Below are positions 8,620 through 19,187 of a DNA stretch of 30,433 nt, one piece after another; the stretch's first letter is position 1; every line of letters starts with the position of its first letter. Origin of the DNA: Eubacteriales bacterium (GTDB lineage: Bacteria > Bacillota > Clostridia > Lachnospirales > DSM-24629). A program made the position numbers and the translations under genes. The notes below the pieces were generated by a model. The model searched no databases. It was not told the origin of the DNA and saw nothing but the letters and a program-made list of their open reading frames with translations. The stretch lies in contig JBKGYG010000014.1 in assembly GCA_046546235.1 (NCBI GenBank), positions 1 through 30,433 on the forward strand. Direction: 5' to 3'.

Positions 8620-9458
8620 GAGGAAAATTAATTTTATGTGCAACACCCATAGGTAATTTAGAAGATATAACATTTAGGGCAGTAAAAACATTAAAGCAAG
8701 TAGATTATATAGCTGCAGAAGATACTAGACATACAAAAAAATTACTTAAAACATATGACATTAATACTCCATTAACAAGTTACCATGAACATAACAAATA
8801 CGATAAAGGAAAAGAATTAATTGAGTTTATGATAAAAGGTAAAACAATAGCATTAGTAAGTGATGCAGGAACACCTGGTATTTCTGACCCTGGAGAAGAA
8901 CTTGTTAGGATGTGTCAAGAAGAAGAAATAGAAGTGACTGCATTACCAGGCGCAGTGGCAGGAATACTTGCGTTAATAATATCAGGGATATCTACTAGAA
9001 GGTTTTGTTTTGAAGGTTTTCTACCATCAAATAATAAACAAAGACAAATAATAATAGAACAATTAAAAAATGAAAGCAGGACAATAATTATATATGAAGC
9101 ACCACATAGACTAAAAAAAACACTAAATTACTTATCAAAAGAATTGGGAAATAGAAATATAAGTATATGCAAAGAACTAACTAAAAAATTTGAAAAAGTA
9201 ATAAAAACTACTTTTAAAAATGCAATCGACATTTATGAAGATAATAATCCAAGAGGAGAATATGTATTAATTATTGAAGGAAAATCGTTAAAAGAAATAA
9301 TGGCAGAAGAACATAAAGAATGGAATAATATTACCATTGAAGAACATATGTCTTATTATAAACAATTAGGTAAGGACAAAAAAGAAGCTATGAAATGTGT
9401 TGCAAAAGACAGAGGGATTACTAAAAGAGAAGTTTATAAATCACTACTAAACAAATAA
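8616..9458 (+). CDS. rsmI: 16S rRNA (cytidine1402-2'-O)-methyltransferase RsmI
   Basis: Tetrapyrrole-methylase fold; N-terminus LILCATPIGNLEDIT; overlaps trmN6 by ATGA. Confidence 0.85.
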   Translation: MRGKLILCATPIGNLEDITFRAVKTLKQVDYIAAEDTRHTKKLLKTYDINTPLTSYHEHNKYDKGKELIEFMIKGKTIALVSDAGTPGISDPGEELVRMCQEEEIEVTALPGAVAGILALIISGISTRRFCFEGFLPSNNKQRQIIIEQLKNESRTIIIYEAPHRLKKTLNYLSKELGNRNISICKELTKKFEKVIKTTFKNAIDIYEDNNPRGEYVLIIEGKSLKEIMAEEHKEWNNITIEEHMSYYKQLGKDKKEAMKCVAKDRGITKREVYKSLLNK

Positions 9459-9487
9459 AAGATTGTAAAGCAATCTTTTATTTGTTT
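9458..9487. terminator. bidirectional terminator between the convergent rsmI and abrB genes
   Basis: Stem aaagattg/caatcttt with A-rich and T-rich flanks. Confidence 0.5.
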
Positions 9488-9744
9488 AAATTCACTCCAG
9501 CAATTTTTGCCATTTCGATTATTGATTTTTTAGAGATTTTTTTGCCATAATAATCTATTAGTTCATCCATCTCTCCAGTAAAAATGTCACATGGTTGGTA
9601 TTTTTTTAGTATAATTTTTTCGTCATCAACAAAGATTTCTAATGGGTCTTTTTCATTAATATGTAAATTACGTCTAAGTTCAATAGGTAATGTAATGCGG
9701 CCTAATTCGTCAAGTTTTCTAACAATTCCAGTGGATTTCATCAA
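9478..9744 (-). CDS. abrB: AbrB-family transition-state regulator
   Basis: MKSTGIVRKLDELGRITLPIELRR is the swapped-hairpin AbrB/SpoVT N-domain; a large AT-rich upstream region at 9745-10180. Confidence 0.8.
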   Translation of the reverse strand: MMKSTGIVRKLDELGRITLPIELRRNLHINEKDPLEIFVDDEKIILKKYQPCDIFTGEMDELIDYYGKKISKKSIIEMAKIAGVNLNK

Positions 9745-10182
9745 AAGCCCCCTTTTCTAACAAAATTTTACAATTTGCACTATAAGAATATCACAATAAG
9801 GAAAAAAAGTCAATGATAATTAGAAATAAAATACATAATTGGATAATTATTACAAATATAAGCTTGTAAATTAAAATATTATTTCGGATAAGTATGCCGA
9901 CTTTAATACTTCTTATTGTAAATTTGTTGTTGTTAAAAGCTAATACCATGATGATAAAGTTGTAGAGATGATTTGTTTTCAGTTATAGAATTTACATTAG
10001 TTTAAACTAGTAATATCAATCCATAAACTGGATAATAACTTTAACTTAAAGATTAATTTTTTATTTATAGTAGGTTAAACTAATATTGTTATGAAAGACG
10101 AGAATGCCTTTAATTGAAAATCGTGCAAGGGATGAAAAGTTTTGCATAGAGTAAGTTAATATAAGAAAAAGGAGGCTTTAAA

Positions 10183-10413
10183 TTGGGTAGAAAAGACAAT
10201 CAGCAAGAAGAAAACTTGAGGAGAGTAAAGGAATTAGAAAATCTTGTAGAAGCACATACAAGAACAGAAAGACATTTGGAGCAATATTCAAGCATTGCAA
10301 AAGAGGAACAAATAAGTAATACGCAAAGATTACAAGAAAAAAGACAAGAAGAAATAGAGAATATAGAAAATATCCTTGTAACAGGACAACATAACAATGA
10401 ATATGATGAATAG
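10183..10413 (+). CDS. tlp: Small acid-soluble spore protein Tlp-like
   Basis: 76 aa, highly charged; segments LRRVKELENLVEAH and QRLQEKRQEEIENIENI resemble B. subtilis Tlp; RBS aaaggagg. Confidence 0.5.
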   Translation: MGRKDNQQEENLRRVKELENLVEAHTRTERHLEQYSSIAKEEQISNTQRLQEKRQEEIENIENILVTGQHNNEYDE

Positions 10414-10459
10414 TTATAATGAGAGTATCTGTATCATATAAATAATTAATACTTATTTT

Positions 10460-11047
10460 ATGGTGATTTCTTTGCTAAATTATTTATGGGCATTTATGAT
10501 TATAATAGGAGTTGTTGTAGGGGCTTTTAATGGTCGCATGGCAGAAGTTACAGCAGCAGCAATAGACTCGTCAAAAGATGCAATACAGTTAGGAATAACT
10601 TTAGTTGGAGTTATTGCAATGTGGACTGGGTTAATGAAAATCGCAGAGGAATCAGGACTTATTAAAATGTTGACAAATAAAATGAAACCGATATTAAGGT
10701 TTTTGTTTCCTAAAGTTCCTGAGAATCATCCTGCGAAAAAATATATAGCTACTAATATGATTGCAAATATGCTTGGATTAGGTTGGGCTGCAACACCACC
10801 TGGATTAAAAGCAATGAAAGAATTACAAAAACTAAATCGTAATAAAGATATTGCAAGTGACGCTATGTGTACTTTTTTAATTATTAATATATCATCTGTA
10901 CAGTTATTACCTGTAAATATTATAGCTTATCGTTCTCAGTATGGTTCAGCTAATCCAGCTGAAATAATAGGTCCAGCATTATTAGCAACTTTCGTATCCA
11001 CATTTGTTGGAGTAATATTTGCTAAAATGATGATAAAGGGGAATTGA
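10460..11047 (+). CDS. spmA: Spore maturation protein A (nucleoside-recognition domain)
   Basis: 195 aa membrane protein; overlaps spmB by 4 nt. Confidence 0.8.
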   Translation: MVISLLNYLWAFMIIIGVVVGAFNGRMAEVTAAAIDSSKDAIQLGITLVGVIAMWTGLMKIAEESGLIKMLTNKMKPILRFLFPKVPENHPAKKYIATNMIANMLGLGWAATPPGLKAMKELQKLNRNKDIASDAMCTFLIINISSVQLLPVNIIAYRSQYGSANPAEIIGPALLATFVSTFVGVIFAKMMIKGN

Positions 11048-11580
11048 GTATGAAATTTATATTGGTAATTTCTGATTTTATGATTCCCCTTGTTTTTGTA
11101 TATATAATTGGTTATGCTTTATTATCTAGAGTAAATGTATACGATCAATTTATAAAAGGTGCTAAAGATGGATTTAAAATAGTTATAGAAATAATGCCAA
11201 CATTAATTGGATTAATGGTAGCTGTTGGAGTACTAAGAGCCTCAGGAGCATTAGATGGAATAACATCCTTAATAACACCAATAACAAATTTATTTAATAT
11301 ACCTTCTCCAATGGTACCTATAGCGCTTATGAGAACTGTAAGCTCATCAGCTACTACAGGATTAGTTTTAGATTTATTTAAAACGTATGGACCAGATTCA
11401 TTAATAGGACGAATGACATCAATTACTATGGGATGTACGGAAACAATTTTCTACACAATGTCTATTTATTTTTTATCAATAAACATAAAAAAAACAAGAC
11501 ACACGTTATCAGGAGCAGTATTAGCAAATATAGCAGGGTTAATATTTAGTGTTTACATAGCATATGTATTATTTGGCTAA
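11044..11580 (+). CDS. spmB: Spore maturation protein B
   Basis: 178 aa membrane protein immediately after spmA. Confidence 0.8.
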   Translation: MSMKFILVISDFMIPLVFVYIIGYALLSRVNVYDQFIKGAKDGFKIVIEIMPTLIGLMVAVGVLRASGALDGITSLITPITNLFNIPSPMVPIALMRTVSSSATTGLVLDLFKTYGPDSLIGRMTSITMGCTETIFYTMSIYFLSINIKKTRHTLSGAVLANIAGLIFSVYIAYVLFG

Positions 11581-11676
11581 CAATAAAAGCATATGTAATT
11601 GAGAAAAACATTGTTTCTAATTCTATATTTAGTGTATAATAAAAATAGGATAGCTATTTGAGAGTGGTGAGATGAA

Positions 11677-12123
11677 TTGGAAGCATACTATAAAACTCTA
11701 AATGAACTTTTAGTTAAATTATTTAATGAAATATTAAATATTGAAGAGAAAGCTTTGCTAACAGATGAATTTAAAGATATATCTATAACAGATATGCATA
11801 TAATTGAAGCAATAAGTGCTAATAAGCGACAAAACATGTCGACTACAGCAAAAAAACTACAAATAACAGTAGGAACATTAACAATTGCAATTAATAATTT
11901 AGTTAAAAAAGGGTATGTTTCTAGAACTAGAAGTGAAGAAGATCGAAGAGTTGTTCTTATAGCTTTAACAAATAAAGGGAAACGAGCTTTTGTTCATCAT
12001 GCTAAATTTCATAAACAAATGATTGATGAAACTATTAAAAATCTATCAGATGAAGAAATAAAAGTTTTTGTTAAGGGATTAGGGAATATTAAAAAATATT
12101 TTGAGAATAAATATATGATATAA
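11677..12123 (+). CDS. MarR-family transcriptional regulator
   Basis: 148 aa winged-HTH MarR pattern; uses a TTG start. Confidence 0.7.
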   Translation: MEAYYKTLNELLVKLFNEILNIEEKALLTDEFKDISITDMHIIEAISANKRQNMSTTAKKLQITVGTLTIAINNLVKKGYVSRTRSEEDRRVVLIALTNKGKRAFVHHAKFHKQMIDETIKNLSDEEIKVFVKGLGNIKKYFENKYMI

Positions 12124-13867
12124 CATAAAAAAAGAAACTGCCTTCTTTAGCAGTTTCTTTTTTATTTAACCAATTGTTTAGTTCTTTTTCAATTATGTCA
12201 AATGGTGCAGGACCTATCTTTAGAAAGAAATCATGAAAATCTTTAAGATTTAAGTTCGGGTTTATATCTAAGGCTTTATTTTTTAGATTTAATACTTCTA
12301 GATAACCAATAGTATACTTTAGTATGACTCCTGGATCTTCAATAGTAGCTTCGTAAATAGGTCTAGCTTCAATACCAGGAAATATTTTAGACAAATAATC
12401 TTTAGTATACTCAAGGTCCCATCCTTCATAATTAACCCCTATATCAATTCTAGCTTGAACAAGTAAACCAAGTTCTCTATCAATATTTATACATTTTTTT
12501 ACATCCTCTTGAAAGTTAGTAAAATCTGTAGCTACTAATTCAGAATATATAGCCCAACCTTCTGAATAACCACCATAATTCATTAAATGACGTATCATAG
12601 GAACATCTTGTTGCCTAAAATAAATGTTTTGATAAAGATGCCCAGGATATCCTTCATGAGCTAATGTAGAATATAATTGAGTATCTAAATTATATTTTGG
12701 GTTTTTATTAATATATATTATTTCTTTTTTTTGTTCGTCTATTGGTGGTATTAAATAAAAAGCAGGACTTAAAAATTCTTCCAGTGATGAATGCACATAT
12801 TTTATATCTAAAGACTGTTCTTCTATAGCCGAGTATAAATCGTTCATAGAATCTTCTAAGAAAATTATAGTATCTTCTGGAGAATCAAAATCATAACTAA
12901 GATTAAAATAAGTTTCAATAACCGAGTCATTTGAATATAAAGGAAGAGCTTCAAGCAAAGTATTTTCAAGTCTATTCTCTATTATTTCAATCATTTCTTC
13001 AATATTCATAGATGACCCTGTGTAAGTAGAAATTAAGTATTCATAGTATTCAGAGCCTTTATCAAGGTAATATAAACCATTTTCATTTACTGATGACCCT
13101 TTAAGATTACTTAAAGAAATAATAAGTTTTTCATAAGCAGGAATAAGATTATTCTTTATAGCAGTCTTGTTATTTGAGATATAATTTTCAATTTCTTTTG
13201 AAGATAGCCCATCAATTTCCCTGCATTTATCTTCGAAAATTTCAATCAAAAAATTATCGTCTGTATTATTAATAAAAGAACTTGATTGCTCAATGATATT
13301 ATCAATTACAAATGTTGGCATTAATAAACCTTTTTTTGCCTTTTGTTCTTCGAAATTTATTATTTGATCAAATAACTTTGGTGTTTCTTCAATTAATTTA
13401 AGATAATCTTCAATATCTTGTTTATCATCAAATCTATATTCAGCAAATAAAATAGGAAGTTGAGCCTGTATTCCTAGTTGAGAACTTATAACATTACTAT
13501 ACAAGAAGAAATCTTCTCCTTGTATAGTTGTTTCAGAATTTGATTTAAGAATATCATAAGTTAATTTTTGATTATCCGTTAACTTATTGTAATTAAACTT
13601 ATTTAAATCTTTAAGAATCTCTTTAGAACTATTTATTTCTTTTTCGTATGCTTCTTCTGTTAAATCAAACATTGTAGGCCTGACATCTTCTAATTCAAAA
13701 TCCTCAGGATTCAATAAGGTAAAATTGATATCCATTGAATTATTTTTAAGTTCTTCTTTAAACAAATTATCAACATATTCATCGAAATTATCATTTTTAC
13801 AACCATAGGTCGATATTATAAACAAAAACAAAATTATTAGTATTGATAATACTTTTTTTAAAGGCAT
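12089..13867 (-). CDS. DUF885-family lipoprotein (putative Zn metallopeptidase-like)
   Basis: Lipoprotein signal with lipobox ISTYGC; motif HEGYPGHLYQ matches the DUF885 HExxPGHH signature. The last ~25 codons read through a terminator hairpin and overlap marR. Confidence 0.65.
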   Translation of the reverse strand: MPLKKVLSILIILFLFIISTYGCKNDNFDEYVDNLFKEELKNNSMDINFTLLNPEDFELEDVRPTMFDLTEEAYEKEINSSKEILKDLNKFNYNKLTDNQKLTYDILKSNSETTIQGEDFFLYSNVISSQLGIQAQLPILFAEYRFDDKQDIEDYLKLIEETPKLFDQIINFEEQKAKKGLLMPTFVIDNIIEQSSSFINNTDDNFLIEIFEDKCREIDGLSSKEIENYISNNKTAIKNNLIPAYEKLIISLSNLKGSSVNENGLYYLDKGSEYYEYLISTYTGSSMNIEEMIEIIENRLENTLLEALPLYSNDSVIETYFNLSYDFDSPEDTIIFLEDSMNDLYSAIEEQSLDIKYVHSSLEEFLSPAFYLIPPIDEQKKEIIYINKNPKYNLDTQLYSTLAHEGYPGHLYQNIYFRQQDVPMIRHLMNYGGYSEGWAIYSELVATDFTNFQEDVKKCINIDRELGLLVQARIDIGVNYEGWDLEYTKDYLSKIFPGIEARPIYEATIEDPGVILKYTIGYLEVLNLKNKALDINPNLNLKDFHDFFLKIGPAPFDIIEKELNNWLNKKETAKEGSFFFYVISYIYSQNIF

Positions 13868-13890
13868 TATTTAGTATCTACCCCTCTCGA

Positions 13891-15315
13891 TTATTCAGTA
13901 GTCATATCTTCGTTATCAAAATCCTCTTTGACATTTTGATTTTCTTCGAAAGGTGTATTGTCATCTTGATCTTTTCCTAAGTATTCTGGAAGTTTCATTC
14001 CTGCCATATCAAATAAATCGTTAAGAGGAGGAATTGATTTTACCATACCAGATAAGAAATTAGCTGTAGCAGGTGATTTTCCTTGACCACCAGCTCCATC
14101 CCAAACGGTAACTTTATCAATTTTGATATTTTTAATTGCTTCAACTTGAGTTTTAATAAGCTCTTCAATTTTGTCTGTTAACAATAATTTAACGGCATCA
14201 TTAGCGTTACCACCTGATGCATTAACAATGTCTTTAAAACCTTGAGCCTGTTTACTAAGTATTTCTTGAATACCACGAGCTTTAGCTTCCATTTCTAAGA
14301 AGATAGCATCTGCATCACCTTTTGCTCTTCTTCTTGTTTGTTCAGCATCAGCTTCTGCTTCAATTTCAGCCTTTTCTTTATCGATTTGTGCCTGAACGAT
14401 AATATCAGCTTCTTTTGTAGCACGTTCTTTATGTGATCTAGCAATTTCTGCTTCTTTTTCTGCTTTATAAGATTCTTCTAGAGCTTTAGCAGATTGAATT
14501 TTCTCAGCTGCTGTTGCTCTTTTAAGTGCTTCAGCTTCTCTTTCTCTTCTTGTAGCATCTGAGCTAGCAATAGTAACTTTAGCTTCATTTTCCCCTTGTA
14601 TTGCATGGGAATTAGCTTCTGATACTTGAACTCTTTCATCTTTTTGGGCTCTTGCTTCACCTATAGAACCATCACGATTCTTCTCAGCAACACTTTTCTT
14701 AGCATCATTGATAGCTTTCGCAGCAGCTTCTTTACCAAGCGCTTCTATGTAACCAGATTCATCTTTAATATCTGTAACATTTACGTTAATAAGACGCAAG
14801 CCAATTTTCTTAAGTTCAGATTCAACGTTTCTAGATACTGCGGAAAGAAATTTATCTCTATCTGTATTTATTTCTTCAATATCCATAGTTGCAACAACTA
14901 AACGTAGTTGGCCAAAGATAATATCTTTAGCTAATTCTTCTATTTCAGGCAATCTAAGGCCAAGCATTCTTTCAGCAGCATTTTGCATAACACCTGGTTC
15001 TGTAGAGATACCTACCGTAAATCTTGATGGAACATTTATACGAATATTTTGCTTGCTTAAAGCATTTTTTAAGTCTACATTAATCGAAATAGGTGTTAGA
15101 TCTAAGAATTCAAAGTGCTGTATAAATGGCACAATAAAAGCAGCCCCACCATGTATACATTTTGAACTATTAGATACACCATCTTTTTTACCTACTTTAC
15201 CATAAATAACTAATATTCTGTCAGATGGACATTTCCTGTAGCGAGATATTAATGCAATTAAAGTTGACAACACAAGTAAGGCAACTATCGCAACGATAGT
15301 TAACATATCAATCAT
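13891..15315 (-). CDS. floT: Flotillin (SPFH/band-7 domain, FloT/YuaG-like)
   Basis: N-terminal TM helix; SPFH domain; long Ala/Glu/Lys coiled-coil; 474 aa. Confidence 0.8.
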   Translation of the reverse strand: MIDMLTIVAIVALLVLSTLIALISRYRKCPSDRILVIYGKVGKKDGVSNSSKCIHGGAAFIVPFIQHFEFLDLTPISINVDLKNALSKQNIRINVPSRFTVGISTEPGVMQNAAERMLGLRLPEIEELAKDIIFGQLRLVVATMDIEEINTDRDKFLSAVSRNVESELKKIGLRLINVNVTDIKDESGYIEALGKEAAAKAINDAKKSVAEKNRDGSIGEARAQKDERVQVSEANSHAIQGENEAKVTIASSDATRREREAEALKRATAAEKIQSAKALEESYKAEKEAEIARSHKERATKEADIIVQAQIDKEKAEIEAEADAEQTRRRAKGDADAIFLEMEAKARGIQEILSKQAQGFKDIVNASGGNANDAVKLLLTDKIEELIKTQVEAIKNIKIDKVTVWDGAGGQGKSPATANFLSGMVKSIPPLNDLFDMAGMKLPEYLGKDQDDNTPFEENQNVKEDFDNEDMTTE

Positions 15316-15327
15316 AATTAAACCCTC

Positions 15328-15954
15328 CTAATTTATTTTTTTTACAACAAGTACAGAAGATGTTATTTTATCAACAACTTCAACAACTGTACCTGTATTT
15401 AACATTTCATTTTCATCAGTGATAGCATCGGCTTCAATTAACCTGCCTTGAATAGTTAAAGAGATTTTGCCTTTTTGCTCTCTATTTGGGGAGATAGGAA
15501 TATAAACTTCTCCAGTTTGCCCAATTGCATTTTGATAATTTAATGTTCCACTATCTTGTAATTTAGACATAGAGCGCATCAAATAAGCAACAATACCCAT
15601 ACCAAGAAAACCAGATATTGTAGCAGCTAATAGAATAATAATGCCATGCAAATTTGTTGAACTTAATAAGGCACCGGTCCATCCAAATAGAGTAAAAAAT
15701 GCTATTATACCTCTAATTGAAAAGAATTGAAAATCAGCGTCTCCAAAATCATCTGCATCAAAGGTACCATCAATATCATCATCTAATCCTAAAATATTTA
15801 ATATAGTTTGAATGACTAAGATTGTAGTAGATATTATAGCAATAATGTAAAAAAATTGTTGAAAACTGTTTAAGGATGTCCACCATTCATTCAAAGGAAT
15901 ACCCCCTATCATAACAAGATATGTCAATAAAGTTAAAAAAAGAATATTAAGCAT
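15328..15954 (-). CDS. NfeD-like membrane protein (YuaF-like) with C-terminal OB-fold
   Basis: Multi-TM N-terminus and a C-terminal OB fold; directly upstream of the flotillin gene as in yuaF-floT. The true start is uncertain (ATG at 15954 versus TTG at 16008). Confidence 0.65.
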   Translation of the reverse strand: MLNILFLTLLTYLVMIGGIPLNEWWTSLNSFQQFFYIIAIISTTILVIQTILNILGLDDDIDGTFDADDFGDADFQFFSIRGIIAFFTLFGWTGALLSSTNLHGIIILLAATISGFLGMGIVAYLMRSMSKLQDSGTLNYQNAIGQTGEVYIPISPNREQKGKISLTIQGRLIEADAITDENEMLNTGTVVEVVDKITSSVLVVKKIN

Positions 15955-16292
15955 AATATTATATGAACATTCATTATAAATTATATAATATTTATATGAC
16001 TTTAACAACTAAAAAATTTAAGTAATAGTTGTTTTTTCTGACAAAATAAGACGTAAGCACTTTTGTTTTTTGTGTATAAATGTGATGTATATATATTTAC
16101 TTAGTTATGTTTAAAGATATTATTAAATATATATTACATTTTTTAAAATGCTTGCTGATATTAAGTAATATAAATGTTTTTTATTTAATAAAAAAACAAA
16201 TAAGCCTTGAAATACTTTACAATTAATTGGTATAAACTATATAATAGAGAACAAGGTTAATAATTAAGTAAATAAAAATGGAGGCAAATAAT

Positions 16293-18233
16293 ATGCAAAA
16301 CAAATCTTATTATATTACAACGCCAATTTATTATCCTAGTGATAAATTACATATTGGTCACTCTTATACAACTGTAGCTGCTGATACAATGGCAAGATAT
16401 AAACGATTACGTGGCTTCGATGTAATGTTCTTAACAGGGACGGATGAACATGGACAAAAAATTGAAAGAAAAGCTAAAGAAAACAATACTAGCCCTAAGG
16501 CATATGTGGATAACATAGTGGATTGGGTGAAAGAATTGTGGAAAACTATGGACATATCATATGATTATTTTATTAGAACTACAGATAAAAATCATGTAAA
16601 AGCAGTTCAAAAAATATTTAAACAATTATATGAGCAAGGTGATATTTATAAAAGCGAATATGAGGGATGGTATTGTACTCCTTGTGAAACTTTTTTTACT
16701 GAAAGGCAATTAGAAGAAGGTAAATGCCCAGATTGTAAAAGAAATGTTGAAAAAGTAAAAGAAGAAGCTTATTTTTTTAAATTATCAAAATATCAAGACA
16801 AACTTATCAACTATATTGAAGAACATCCTGAATTTATACAACCTCAAACTAGACAGAATGAAATGATAAATAATTTTTTGAAACCAGGGTTAGATGATTT
16901 ATGTGTATCTAGAACTTCTTTTGACTGGGGAGTTCCAGTTGAGTTTGATAAAGGACATGTTGTATATGTGTGGTTAGATGCATTATCAAATTATATTACA
17001 GCTCTTGGTTTTAATTCAAAAAGTGATGAAAAATACAAAAAGTATTGGCCAGCAGATGTGCATTTAGTGGGTAAAGAAATAGTAAGATTTCATACAATTA
17101 TTTGGCCAGCTATATTGATGGCTATAGGAGAACCATTGCCGAAACAAGTGTTTGGACATGGATGGTTAGTTATAAATGGTGGGAAGATGTCTAAATCAAA
17201 AGGTAATGTTGTAGATCCTATGATTTTAGTAGAAAGATACGGTTCAGATGCAATTAGATATTTTCTAATGAGAGAAGTAGCTTTTGGACAAGATGGAAAT
17301 TTTAATAATGAAGCTTTAATACAAAGAATTAACTCCGATTTAGCTAATGATTTAGGAAATTTAGTATCTAGAACAGTAGCGATGATAGATAAATATTTTA
17401 AAGGGGAACTACCTACTGAAAAAGTCTCTACAGAATATGATAAAGAGATTGAGGAATTAGCTATAGACACTGTAAAAGAAGTAGAGAAAAGTATGGAAAC
17501 ATTATTATTTAGTAATGCATTAACAGATGTATGGCAATTAGTTAGAAGAACTAATAAATACATTGATGAAACAAGACCTTGGGTACTTGCAAAAGAGGAA
17601 GATAAGAAAAAAGAACTAACAAATGTTCTCTATCATCTTTTAGAGAATTTAAGAATAATTTCTATATTAATTGAGCCATTTATGCCTCAAACACCTGTAA
17701 TTATGAGGGAACAATTAGGTTTGGTAAATAAAGAACTTAGTAAATGGGATAGTTTGAAAGAATGGGGACAAATAGAAACTGTAAAAGTAAAAAAAGGGAA
17801 GGTTATATTTCCAAGAATAGACCTTGATAAAGAGATAGAAGAACTTGAGAAAGCTCAAAATGAACAGTTAGAAAAATCATCTCAAAACAAAAAAGACAAA
17901 GAAGATAATAATATTACAATTGACGATTTTGCTAAGGTTGAGTTAAAAGTTGGAGAAGTTCTCGAATGTGATAAAGTAAAAGGGGCTGATAAATTATTAG
18001 TATCCAAGGTTAAGATAGGAGAAGAGGTTAGACAAATAGTTTCAGGGATTGCTAATTATTATTCAAAAGAAGAAATGGTTGGGAAAAAAGTTGTTGTTGT
18101 AACTAATCTTAAACCAGTTAAATTAAGAGGAGTACTATCTGAAGGTATGATTTTAGCAGCTTCGGATAGCAGTGGCAAGTTAGTATTAGCAACTACTGAT
18201 CAAGATATTATAGATGGTTCAGAAGTTAAATAA
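16293..18233 (+). CDS. metG: Methionyl-tRNA synthetase with C-terminal tRNA-binding (EMAP-like) domain
   Basis: HIGH motif (LHIGH) and KMSKS present; zinc knuckle CTPCE...CPDCK. Start set at ATG 16293 (GGAGG at 16280). Confidence 0.9.
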   Translation: MQNKSYYITTPIYYPSDKLHIGHSYTTVAADTMARYKRLRGFDVMFLTGTDEHGQKIERKAKENNTSPKAYVDNIVDWVKELWKTMDISYDYFIRTTDKNHVKAVQKIFKQLYEQGDIYKSEYEGWYCTPCETFFTERQLEEGKCPDCKRNVEKVKEEAYFFKLSKYQDKLINYIEEHPEFIQPQTRQNEMINNFLKPGLDDLCVSRTSFDWGVPVEFDKGHVVYVWLDALSNYITALGFNSKSDEKYKKYWPADVHLVGKEIVRFHTIIWPAILMAIGEPLPKQVFGHGWLVINGGKMSKSKGNVVDPMILVERYGSDAIRYFLMREVAFGQDGNFNNEALIQRINSDLANDLGNLVSRTVAMIDKYFKGELPTEKVSTEYDKEIEELAIDTVKEVEKSMETLLFSNALTDVWQLVRRTNKYIDETRPWVLAKEEDKKKELTNVLYHLLENLRIISILIEPFMPQTPVIMREQLGLVNKELSKWDSLKEWGQIETVKVKKGKVIFPRIDLDKEIEELEKAQNEQLEKSSQNKKDKEDNNITIDDFAKVELKVGEVLECDKVKGADKLLVSKVKIGEEVRQIVSGIANYYSKEEMVGKKVVVVTNLKPVKLRGVLSEGMILAASDSSGKLVLATTDQDIIDGSEVK

Positions 18234-18396
18234 AGGATTGAAAATACATTTTATAAGCATAATATAAGTGAGTATCTAAATAATATACACCATATTTATT
18301 CTCGATAATAGAAATAAAGATTTTTTCACGGATCTCACTTTTGGTCTTGTGTTTTCTAAAAACTCTTTTTAAAAAGTTATAAGTAGAGGTGTTACT

Positions 18397-19164
18397 ATGA
18401 TATTTGAAAGCCATGCCCATTATGATGATGAACAATTTGATGTTGATAGACAAAATATACTCAATAATTTACCAAAAAATGCAATTAAATATGTTATAAA
18501 TGTAGGAGCAGATCTTGGGAGTTCTAAAGCTTCAGTATACTTAAGCAAATCCTATGATTATATTTATGCATCTGTTGGAGTCCACCCCCATGATGTAGGG
18601 GAAATGGATGATGGTATATTACAAGAGATAGGAAAGTTAACAGATAATAAAAAGGTAGTTGCCATAGGAGAGATAGGACTTGATTATTATTATGACAACG
18701 TAGATAGAAAAATTCAAAAAAAATGGTTTAAAGAGCAAATTGAATTAGCCAAAGAGAAAAAATTACCAATTATATATCATAGTAGAGATGCGGCTAAAGA
18801 CACTATTAATCTAATAAAAGAAACTAAAGCAAAAGTTGTAGGTGGAGTAATTCATTGTTACTCTTATAGCTTAGAAATGGCGAAAGAATTTGTTGATATG
18901 GGTTTATATATAGGTATTGGGGGCATAATTACTTTTAAAAACTCTAGAAAAATAAAAGAAGTAGTAGAGAATATTCCTATTGAATATCTGTTGATCGAAA
19001 CGGATTCTCCTTATTTAGCACCAGTTCCTTTTCGAGGGAAAAGAAATGATTCAACATATTTGAATTATATAATAAAAGCAATTGCTAATATTAAAAATAT
19101 AAATGATGAAAAAGTTAAAGAAATAACTCATGATAATGCATCAAAATTATTTGGTATTAATTAA
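18397..19164 (+). CDS. tatD: TatD-family metal-dependent DNase/hydrolase (YabD)
   Basis: Metal-binding HxH (HAHYD) at the N-terminus; TIM-barrel TatD pattern; syntenic after metG. Confidence 0.85.
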   Translation: MIFESHAHYDDEQFDVDRQNILNNLPKNAIKYVINVGADLGSSKASVYLSKSYDYIYASVGVHPHDVGEMDDGILQEIGKLTDNKKVVAIGEIGLDYYYDNVDRKIQKKWFKEQIELAKEKKLPIIYHSRDAAKDTINLIKETKAKVVGGVIHCYSYSLEMAKEFVDMGLYIGIGGIITFKNSRKIKEVVENIPIEYLLIETDSPYLAPVPFRGKRNDSTYLNYIIKAIANIKNINDEKVKEITHDNASKLFGIN

Positions 19165-19187
19165 AACTATAAAAAAGAGGGAAAAAA

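Noticed and set aside
9745-10182. Spo0A boxes (TGTCGAA) and a sigma-G promoter in the abrB-tlp intergenic region
   Set aside because: No exact 0A box on either strand, and no convincing sigma-G -35/-10 pair with correct spacing upstream of tlp. The region is left as unannotated regulatory DNA.
16009-16292. Possible T-box leader upstream of metG
   Set aside because: No specifier-loop or antiterminator architecture and no conserved T-box sequence (AGGGTGGNACCGCG-like) is visible; the region is simply AT-rich promoter DNA.
18226-18453. 75-aa minus-strand ORF spanning the metG-tatD spacer
   Set aside because: It overlaps the ends of both flanking genes, has no RBS, and its composition is that of AT-rich intergenic sequence.
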